DNA of 63,779 nt, counting the filler, from Kipferlia bialata (Eukaryota): the NCBI GenBank assembly GCA_003568945.1. It is 5 parts of 5 records of this genome, joined end to end, with 100 filler letters (N's around TTAATTAATTAA, not from the genome) between each part and the next. Parts side by side here need not be neighbours in the genome. Positions count along the whole stretch, not along the records: positions 51,128 to 63,779 come from BDIP01001051.1; 4 more parts are not named here. One strand, given 5' to 3'. How positions within the stretch are numbered: position 1 is the first letter of the stretch; each line of letters begins with the position of its first letter. Below are positions 53,900-63,779 of the stretch, piece by piece. A program made the position numbers and the translations under genes. Below the pieces are notes generated by a model. It saw only the letters and a program-made list of their open reading frames with translations, ran no database searches and was not told the DNA's origin.

Positions 53900-56800
53900 A
53901 TGTGTGGACTAGCCTCTACCATTGCTATCATCATTGTTGCATCTGTCCTTGTGTCTGGCTGTACCTGCGCTGTCACTGTCAATGCAGCCATCAGACTACC
54001 CCCTGGCCATCCAGATGGGGGTATATACCTGGCCACTGGTCTAAAAGAGCCATCCACTGCCTCCTTGGATGTGCAGGTGTATGATACAGAGCCAGGTGGG
54101 TCACACACTCTGGGTGGTGTTTATGCAGTATCACAAAGAGTTTTGAGGGTATTTATATTTCAACATCTCAGATATGCCATTTCTCTTGATTGGAGAGAAC
54201 TTAGTTCAGATGGTGTCATTCCATAACATACCATAGTTGTATTCATTCTCAGGCTCTGCCGTAGACGTAGTCCTGGACTTAGTAGTGCCATGCACCACCA
54301 CGGTGAGTGATCTTCAACAATATGTAGTAACACACTTCTACGGCTTTCTTGGACTGGAGAGTGTCACTGGTTACGTGGGGGTGTGATGTGCTACTATTGT
54401 TCAGAGCATATTAAATACTGATTCCAGGTCATCAACCTCCTGTACCCCCGTCTCTTCCCCTTCCCAGACCCTGAGGCCAGTGGTGTAGAGAGAGATACTA
54501 ACAGTCACGACAGTGACCGTACCTTGCCCCCTGACTTCACATACCCCAACAGAGACGGAGGCGTCACATATAGGTAAGAGCCATTCACGTTCTCCCAGAA
54601 GAAGCCTCTATACTCAACTATCTTGTAACAAAGATAGAGTCCTGCCTAATCTCCAGATACCTCCTTGGCTCCCTCGACTACCCCTTTGAACTAGTGGCCA
54701 TATTCGAGGTGGACACAGTCGGGGAGGAGGTATGGTGACCCGTGTATTAACAATGACAATCTTCACTGCACATTTGAATGGGAGGTGGTATTGGTCACGG
54801 AGGAGGTGAGAGACCAGGTTACTACATATTCACTGGGTAGTCAGCTGTATAAAGATATGTAATGATTCCTTATGATAACAACCAGATCTACCCGTTCCTG
54901 CCAGGCACTGGGGTGTACAACCAACAGACAGAGGTACTGCAGTCCGGTATTGAAGTGATGCTGTTCGATCCGGAGATAGTAAGACACTAATACCGGCTAC
55001 GTATTGTTACAATACTATACGGTATAGTAATCTGGTAGAACATGAGCCTCATGATCTCTATAGATACTGTGGCATAGATACCCATGTCTCACTCACTCCA
55101 GGCCTCCCCAGGTGGTGTATACACACCACTCCCCTATGACCCCATAGCAGTGGTCTTTGAGTGTCCAGACATAGAGACAGAGGCACTCGGCATGTTCTAT
55201 GAGGTACTGTGCTGTCTACAAATACTATACATTCTATATACTAATATCGAAACATTGTATAATACTATATGCTATATAATACAGAGAACCTCTATACTAT
55301 TGAAAGATCCGATAGAGGTTGACAATGTGGATACTCGGTAACACTTCTCGTATTGCGTATGTAGTTCAAGTATTACACTTGACACTCAGGCTGCCAATGG
55401 TGACTCCTGGATAGACAACTCTGGCTGGCTGCAGGGGGAGGTCTGTGATCCGGAGCAGGTATGTGTTGATATAGTGTACTATATATGACATAGGGTCACT
55501 ATTTCGTATTATGCCATTGTTACCCAGAGCATGTATGATTGTTCCACACACTCAATGTGTGACTTATGGTGTGATTTTCGTGTATACTTTGTCACCCCTA
55601 GGATTGGGCCGGTGTGACGTGTGTGGATGGTCACGTCAAGGAGATACAGATCATAGGTACATGTATTGATACACTAAAAGAGCTATCAAAGTCGTCCCGA
55701 GACAACAGTATCTCTCACCATAGGGTTTGTGACCGGGTACCTTCACCCTGCCCTGCAGTGCCTCTCTTTCCTTAAGACACTGGAGGTGAGATGCATCATG
55801 CTACAAAGGACATAAAGAATGTAATAACAAAAATGGTACTGTACTAAAGTATGATGTGAACTGGACTCTATTCTCATCACAGGCCAGAGGCGGTCTCAGA
55901 GGCACAATCCCTACCCTCAGCCCCACCATGCAGTACCTGGATCTCATAAGTACGATGTATTGCTATGGAGTGTTAGACTACCTTACCACTATGATTACAA
56001 GCACTAATCAAGCAGGACCTCATAAGTACGATGTACTGCTATTAAGAATCATGACAATAGTATATAGATACGTAAGTACGGAAATAGACCCGTCTGTAGC
56101 TACACTGTGTGCGTGTACATGTTAGACGATATCTTTACCTTTGCTACATGTAACTGAATCTGTTTACTCATACCAGGCAATCCTCTTGGCCGGCCACGAT
56201 GTGACGACCTGTCTCCGGTCATAGGGGTGGAACCTCTGTGCGAGCTAGTCAATCTGCAGGTATGCAATCTTCAAGGGTGAGAGTGAATTTCCACTATCTA
56301 TTTCTCTTGTCATCTTTCTGACTCTTAGTACGCTCTCTTTGGTCAGAACCAGCTAGCAGGCCCCCTCCCGCAGTGTCTGTCCGACTTGACCTTCCTTAAG
56401 ACCCTGGGTCTCAACCGCAACAACCTGTCTGGGTCCCTCCCGGACATGTCAGCAAGTGAGGTGGGTATATAGTGTAGGATGCGACGTGTTGGCCCTAGAT
56501 ATATGGAGTGTTCTTCCCTGATATGTACCGAGATCCATGTAGCCACTGATATGTTTCAGTGGTATGCTTACAGGTTCATCTCTACGTGATTATAATATCA
56601 TTATTGCAACTCTGATACCAACCCCAGTCACTTCGGGAGCTTGGTCTGTTTGGCAACCCGGTGGAGTGTGACCAGGTATAGTTGGTAGTAGATAAATTCA
56701 ATCCTATATATACAGAGTTACATGTAGAGCAGGTATAGTTGTATCCTCTTGGAACCAATGACGAGTACCATCACTAGCGAGGCTATATATGGTACTACAT

Positions 56801-58157
56801 AGTTCTCAAACTTGTCTGCTAACTCTTAGACGTTCCCTGACCTGGACTTGTACCTCTGTGGCTGTACCTTTGAGCAGGCATCTAGGTTAGTGACCCCTCT
56901 GTACATATTTCAATGCTCTGGTATATACCAGTCACACTGGTAGTATTGGTTCTATGACTTGACATCATTGCGTAACGCAATCCCTTTACTTCTGACACTT
57001 CTGCTTGCACTCACGCAGGGACTTCTGCAGCAGACAAGAGCCTCAGGAGGACATGACGTCCCAGTACTTCAAGTGAGTATTATGCTATATACCACACAAA
57101 TACTGGATGTGAGACCAAGAATGATTATTGCCAAACATCTTAAGTATTCAGGCCTCTACCTCTAAGTAACAGGCTCTAACGCCAGCTGGCTGTCCTCCAC
57201 TCCATCTGATAGTGACCCCCTTGCAGATGGGTCTGATGAGTATCTGGTGCTACCTGGTGGGAATGGATGGTATGTAATAGCCCTCATACAATATTATACA
57301 CTATGTTGACAATACATACTGCGGACTCAATTGTGAAAGTAGCTTTCACGACACATGACCCACACCTCAGTCTACTTGCTGGCCCTCAGGGATCAGGTCC
57401 AACGTCACACTCCTACAGGATACCCTATGGGACGGCAGTGCATGTACCTGTCAGAGCCCTGTCCTTTGCTGAACCCTTGAGTGAGGGTGTGACTCTGGAC
57501 GAAGCAAAGACTCAGACAGAGGAGGCGCTGATGGAGGTACAATTACTATATATGACATGTCAGAATCCTATTCCTTGACCTGTGTGAAGCCATATATATA
57601 TACACTGCTATACATATATACACATTACATATTTATATATATAAATGTATAGTATATTCAATAAGAATATATGATATAGAGAAATGTATACATAATCAGG
57701 AGTGAGCTACACTCCGTCTCACGTCAGACCTTTGAGCGACGTGTTGTGATAGATGGCATGACACGGGGGACACTCTTCCCTGGATTCCTCCACTTTGCAA
57801 AGGCATACACCCTCAATGCACTGGCTGATAACTCCCTGGGACATCCAGAGGGGGAGTGGGTGGTGAGTGTTATTACTCCTCACAGTGCAATGATATGTAT
57901 TCAGCAATCTATCCTCAGTGCGATGATGTTGTGGTGTGTTCTTACTGGAGAGATGAATACCTACGATAGTTGACAGGCCATTCTAACTCGAGGCAGGAGG
58001 TGGAGGCTGGTACGTGGCTGTCCCCGGTATGGCCAGGGGTCCCCACCAAATGGTCAGCACTGCCGAGTGGTATGTGTGTGAGACAGACAGTGAGACAGGG
58101 GTGGAGACATGCACGACTGAGTCATCGGAGGTGACATATGACATCGTGGTGCAGTAG
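53900..58157 (+). CDS. Secreted leucine-rich-repeat protein: signal peptide, unknown N-domain, LRRNT cap, plant/bacterial-type LRRs, C-terminal beta-rich domain
   Basis: MCGLASTIAIIIVASVLVSGCTCA; EALGMFYEAANGDSWIDNSGWLQGEVC...WAGVTCVDGHV; NQLAGPLPQCLSDLTFLKTLGLNRNNLSGSLP; ends EVTYDIVVQ TAG 58155-58157. Confidence 0.85.
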
Positions 58158-58453
58158 TGGCACATGGATAAAACACAAAAAAATAGATAACTGGAAAGAG
58201 TTCTTTCTAGGCTTGACGAGAACTTCAACACACAAGTTTGCATCCATGTATTACCGAGATAGAAAGCCTCAATCTATATACGAGTCTCATGTTGCGAAGC
58301 CCTCACATTCAAGATGGCGTCAATCATTACAGCTATGGGCCCAAAGTGTGCGTGAAGGACGATGTACTCCTCTACTAGACAGTAGCAGTTAGTAACAGGA
58401 CACACAACACAAGAAGAACCCACTGACCTCTATATAAGCCACGTTGCAGGGAC

Positions 58454-60567
58454 ATGTCAGTTGAACAGCCACCTGAGACCAGTATCATCCCTGACTCTCT
58501 CTTTGGGCGTCCCTTCACATGTCTCGGGGACCTCTTGCTGGAGGTGGAGAGAGAGACAGGGAGACAGTGGGAGGTGGCAGGTGAGGATACTTTGACACTA
58601 TATCGACTTCTCTCTCCCTCTCTCTCGTCACCTTAACCTCAGCCAATGAGCAGACTATACGGTGCCTAGGTGAGAGGTGTGGGTGCCAGCTCCTGTTGAC
58701 TCAGCCTACTGACGGGGTATACTCCCTTGTCAAGAGGGAGCTTGTCCCTGATGTTCCTGTCAGGATTCCTGACAGGGGACACTATTACACTCTAAGGCAC
58801 CACGATCACGACGTGCTTCAGGTAATCTCTAACACATCACCGTCTCTTTTGTTTGTGCAGTATGGGTGTGTGGTTAACAGCAGTAGAGTTTCCCTCATAT
58901 TCGCAACATATACACTATACTATACGGTAGAGGTCTGTATTGCAGGTTGTATACCCACCTGTCCACTCTCTAAACGCTATCATTCTCGGCGAGATTCTTT
59001 CGCCTCTCACCTCAGCCCTACTTGCATGTGCGAAGCCTTGGTATGTGTTACATTGACCAAGACACTGGTCGGGACCTACGTCGGTACAGTAGACCTGTGG
59101 CGTGGCTATCCGCTAGGGAGTGCCTGATTCCACTATTGTGCAGGCCCGAGATCCTCTGGGGACACAGCACTGGGTCAACTCACCATGTGCCAGTGGTACT
59201 CTATAAGGCAACAATGCCCACATTAGAGGTGCTTGAGGCTCGATCTTGTCCTAGGTAAGGGATTACTATACTTCGTGCCGCTAGAATGGTAACTACTCCT
59301 CCTTTCTACTACTGTTATTGTTTACCAGAGATCAATAGACTGTATCGTGTTTGCTTGGATTTGTCCAAGGTACAGGACACGTACAATCTACACTACTAAA
59401 CACGTGATGAGCCAAACACGCACATATCTCTAGAAACTGATATTCCATGTATAGGTATTTCCACCAGAGAATGAGTTCAGAGTTGATATGTGTATCGCAC
59501 TTACAACAGGTTCCTCAGTATAGAACGTTTCCCAGTGCCCACTGAGGAGAGAAGGAAGAGAGAGATATACCGCCGTGCCTACTCAGCTCAGCTCTTCAAC
59601 ACAGTGGGGACCCAGGTAACCACACATGTACCTAAACATATACACTGTACTGTTGATGTGGGTGTATATAGTAACTGACTAGCAGTTAGAACTCTGGGAA
59701 TTGTAGACGCTATCGTATTCGTATTCTCTTGGCGTAAAGTGCCAACCGACAATCTGTGACAGATACACACTACATATTGGAGTAACATGTATTGATGATA
59801 ATCAGGTTTTCATGTTTCTTCCTGGAGGCGGATACTATGCCCTTCACCTTGATACATACCAGTGGGAAGTGCTGGAATACCCGAGTAAGGATATGTGGCA
59901 GTTCTGTGATTGTCAAGAGGAGGAGAGTCTTACCTCTTTCGTGCTGGAAGATTGCATATACTATTGGGGGCAAGACGACTCCGTAAGAGATACAACCTAC
60001 GCATGCACCAGGTATGACACCGATAGGCGTGTCTGGGAGAGAGTTGAAGTGCCTCACTCTGTTGTTCCAAATACTGCACCAAAGTCCACTAGGGACTCAT
60101 GGAAGTGGAGGGTAAAGAGCTCTGTGGTACTAAGAGACACGGCTCACATATTCCTGGAAGGTAACACCAGTGCTGGTAGGTGCCACATAACCTATTCTAC
60201 AAGAGAAGGGTTCCAGTATGAACAAATTGTTGGTTCAACTGGTTTTGGGTACCTTTTCACCCGTGAGGTGGACGTTGCAGGAGACTTTGTAACTGCTGTC
60301 TGTGGCCAGAACCTCCTAGCCTATGACTGTGTGTCAGGCATATCCAGCAGGTGGTGGATGAGCCTACATGCTATAGAGGGGCCATCTCTACCCATGCCAT
60401 GTGGCACATCACTCTGGAGGGTCAGGAAGTATGACTATCCCTCCACCCAGACAGATGCCCTAGTGGTGACAGAGGTGGACAGGCAGTTGGTGTATCCACA
60501 CCCTGAGATGTGGTGGGCACACACACACGCACCGTACGCCTCGCAGGTGTTAGGGTCGGATTGGTGA
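58454..60567 (+). CDS. Divergent kelch-like beta-propeller protein (internal exon phases not fully resolved)
   Basis: Terminal exon has blade-like motifs LHLDTYQWE, SFVLEDCIYYWG, RYDTDRRVWE, SVVLRDTAHIF, LAYDCVSG, ending LVYPHPEMWWA. Confidence 0.6.
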
Positions 60568-61112
60568 TGGGGCGCCACATGATGTGTATATATGGTGGTG
60601 GGTTGGCTGATGTTATATGACCAATCCATCAGGGGCTCTGTCTTGTGGCAAAGTACTTTACGTCTACCATCAGTAGCAAGATACTGAGTATCCACTCATC
60701 TCAATCACGTATATTATATATAACACTAATATTATTGATGCTGCATTGGGGAGTAGATTCAATCGAGTTGTCATTGAGTCACACCAGTGTGGTTGGATGT
60801 CTAACACTCTCTGTTACAATACGCTTCTTGGTATGGTAACAACTACACGCTGTCTCCATTAGGACGTCGAGTACTGATCATACATATAGAACTCATATTA
60901 CCACAAAACCAAAGAATTACTGTTCAATCAAGGCAACCCCATCTAGCAACTAGCAGTGTGGAACAATGTATCCAGAGTCATCATGCATCCATGGAATCTG
61001 GGGATTCTTCTTCAGGTTGTTAAAGGTGTCTTTCCTCAGGAAAACCCTGTATATAGGCACCACTCGAAAGTTACAGTGAGTCGATAGAAACCCTCTTACT
61101 ATGATACCCTGC

Positions 61113-61253
61113 TGTTGAGAGTCTCAACTTGAGGCCTTCACCTCACACTACCATTCACCATACACTGTCTCTCTACCCACTCGTCTGCTAGAGCATGCCC
61201 AAGCCTCTCTCTGCCAATGATCTGCTAGACAGAGACGACTCTGTTCTGAGTCT
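61113..61253 (+). repeat. Direct repeat copy 1 (about 80 nt upstream + first codons of paralog A); copy 2 at 63639-63779
   Basis: TGTTGAGAGTCTCAACTTGAGGCCTTCACCTCACACTACCATTCACC...CTGCTAGAGCATG.CCAAGC.. aligns without gaps, with few mismatches. Confidence 0.95.
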
Positions 61254-62448
61254 GGAGTCGCTGAGCGGAGTCCCGCAACGGTTTTACCCCATCCCACTGT
61301 GCCACAACACCTGCCTAAATGTGTGTGATCTCACCTTCCACCACATCACTAGACATGATGGGGTAGCGCAGCTAGTCCCTACCGACCCTGGTGTGTACTC
61401 TCCATGTCCCTATAATGTTGGGTTCCCTGGTGGTGGGTGTAGAATGGGGGATAGGGTCTTCATATACACGACACTTCGACACCCCTTGAGAGAGAATGGT
61501 ACCAACACTACAGTTCCTGCCAAGTTGCTGATCTACAGTGTTGACTCAGGTACTGAATAACTCTCTTCTGTGTAGCCACTTTGAAACAGTATATTGTAAT
61601 AGTCGCACCTTACATCAGACTCATGGGAAGAAAAGACATCTGGCGTCCCCAGTCAATCCAGTGTAGTCACGGTAAAAGCTGTATACACTGTATACAGTAA
61701 CAATAATTGTAACATTCTTGACCGCTACGTTAGAGTCATCCCACTCACGACAGGAACTGGTTCCCTTTGCTGACACACTCTTCTTGCTCAGTCACGTAGA
61801 CTCTGGCTGCGATGTGGCTGTGGTGTATCCTGACACACTACCATCAGTGAGACAGCGCTGGGAGCTCAGACTACCAGACACACCAGTGCCACAGGAAGAT
61901 GCGTCAAGGTTCTGTATGCCGTTCGCTACTCCTGGTGCTCTCCATATTCTTCTGAGCAGACTCTCTGGCGGCATTCACCAGAACCAGCACTTTGTGTATC
62001 ACAGTACAAGGGATTGGGAGGAGATAGAGGGCACACTACTTCCGACAGGTTGCCACTACCACAACGGGTTAACCAGTGACCACATGCGTGTCGAGATTGG
62101 ACTATTCCCAAACACTTGTCGACTTGTGGTCTTCAACGCAATTGGCCAGTACTGGAAAGAGTTAGGAGAGACGTCTTTCATTTGGAGAGTGTATTGTCAG
62201 ATTGCGCCCACAATGTATCTTGTGAAGGTGGTAGATAGGGCCACAAAGAGGTTAGTCGGTGCTGGATGCACTTTGTGCACACGCTATACTAAGAATAGGA
62301 TTTCAACACAGAGTCTTTGGGTATATTGGATACTATACACTCTCACTAATATCCACCTTACACCAGGAAGAAGTGGTACATCCTGCACGTAGACCACTCC
62401 TACATACACAGGCAGGGAGGGGTGCTAACAGCAGAGGACTTTGAGTGA
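61195..62448 (+). CDS. Divergent kelch-like beta-propeller protein, paralog A
   Basis: GGCRMGDRVFIY, LLIYSVDS/DSWE, LVPFADTLFLL, VVFNAIGQYWKE; spliced end RKKWYILHVDHSYIHRQGGVLTAEDFE TGA 62446-62448. Confidence 0.65.
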
Positions 62449-62814
62449 GGGGAGTGTGTGTGAAATGGGAATCTAAGAAGGGTTGCAGGAACAAAAGGAG
62501 AAAACGATGTATTATACTCCATATTCACACAAGCACTATGTGTCAACAAGACTGTTTCAATAGAGTGTCAACAGATATACATACACAGTCATACAGTATA
62601 GTATGTGACCCTGTTCGTGATCGTTCCATGAGTACACTGGTAGATGCACCCAATGGTGAATCCATCCCGTACTTACAATATAAGTCTTACATTTTGCATG
62701 CTGGGAATAAAGGACATGATTGACTTTGAATCGCATTGCATCATATTGTAACCCCTACGACATAATTAGTACACCTACAGCCACAATCATGACCCTATGC
62801 TCACTCCTTCCCCC

Positions 62815-63130
62815 TCATTCTGTCTTCTTCCCTACTATATTCCCAACAGATTGGGCCAATGTTGTCTCATACCACTCGCTGTCCCAGCCCAGCAGTGTTC
62901 CCCACCCTCCACCAACATCATTGTATACCAGGACACTGTTGACACTCAGGACACAGGCAGTCACAACTGGCCTTGAGTGTACCAGATCCTGAGTGTCAGT
63001 CTCTTCAACCTTAATACAGTCTGTTAAGTCTCTTCCCACACTGTGTAAGTAGGCCCAGTCCCCACTAACTGTGGCATATGCAAAGACACATTCCATCCCA
63101 CAGAGGAGCAGAATCAGACGGTCGGTGGAC
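62815..63130 (-). pseudogene. Possible remnant of a kelch-like family gene
   Basis: LLCGMECVFAYATVSGDW and VLVYNDVGGGW resemble VCGQNLLAYDCVSG of the 59812 ORF; upstream frames contain stops. Confidence 0.3.
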
Positions 63131-63720
63131 TGGTATTGGGGATTTCACGATGAAGTGGTGTTCAATTATATACTCTATTGTGTACGAACGAAAAGCAGTA
63201 AGCAGTACCTAATACACCGCCGTAGAGCAAGGGCTATGTTTCAGTATCGTGTGGGTTATATAAGTGAACTACTGCCAATGTACTCTGCCATACTACTCCG
63301 TACTTACCTGTATACTCTCGATTTTATAGTACATATACAGCATCGGACTCTTCAATGTGCCACCCTCTCGATGTTATGTGTGCAATGTTTGCGATGGGTC
63401 TGGTTCAACGCATAGACTGTTCCAGGGACAAATGTCATGTTCCATATTATATGGAACTTCTATTAATTCTTTCTACAACGAAGTACGGCTACGGTTTCTT
63501 CTCGGGACTCGTGTCTCTTCCGTTGGACAGTGAAGGTCTCTTCAGGAACCTCTACCAGTAGACAGGCATCAATGTATTACTGATACGTATTACAAGTGAA
63601 ACACTCAATGAGTGTTACACTCATTATGATTTCCTGCTTGTTGAGAGTCTCAACTTGAGGCCTTCACCTCACACTACCATTCACCCAGCACTATCTCTCT
63701 ACCCACTCATCTGCTAGAGC

Positions 63721-63779
63721 ATGTCCAAGCCCCTCTCTGTCAATGATCTGCTAGACAGAGACGACTCTGTTATCAGTCT
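63721..63779 (+). CDS. Start of kelch-like paralog B (MSKPLSVNDLLDRDDSVIS), truncated
   Basis: Near-identical to the start of the gene at 61195 (MPKPLSANDLLDRDDSVLS). Confidence 0.8.
   Translation, partial: MSKPLSVNDLLDRDDSVIS

Noticed and set aside
24..63561. Most ORF-track entries (YIYI, LSLS, ERER, poly-X peptides)
   Set aside because: Translations of microsatellites, N gaps, antisense strands or exon-intron read-through

Overview
Eukaryotic, very intron-rich genomic DNA. Introns are GT-AG, short, rich in (TA)n/(CT)n/(GA)n, and end in a fused branch-point/acceptor motif CTNAC-CCC-CAG. The style suggests a free-living fornicate/metamonad protist such as Kipferlia (inference only). The window is five unlinked, size-sorted scaffolds (12716, 12701, 12657, 12653, 12652 nt) joined by artificial 100-nt N44-TTAATTAATTAA-N44 linkers, so gene neighbourhood across linkers is meaningless. 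Hand-spliced genes: a TPR-like protein, a WRN/EXD2-type 3'-5' exonuclease with a C2H2 finger, MAD2 (partial), a DENN+PH protein, a large helical-repeat protein, the N-half of an ABCC/MRP transporter, an APC10/DOC C-terminus, a PARG with a non-canonical catalytic loop, a saposin-like protein, a secreted LRR protein with a prokaryote-like C-terminal domain, and kelch-like propeller paralogs. The most striking signal is in the introns. They hold ordered stacks of partial copies of the neighbouring exon: acceptor plus exon head upstream of the intact exon, exon tail plus donor downstream. These copies lack one splice site yet differ from the real exon mostly at synonymous positions, including TCA/AGT Ser and CGC/AGG Arg swaps. 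All gene models are manual and unverified by transcripts.
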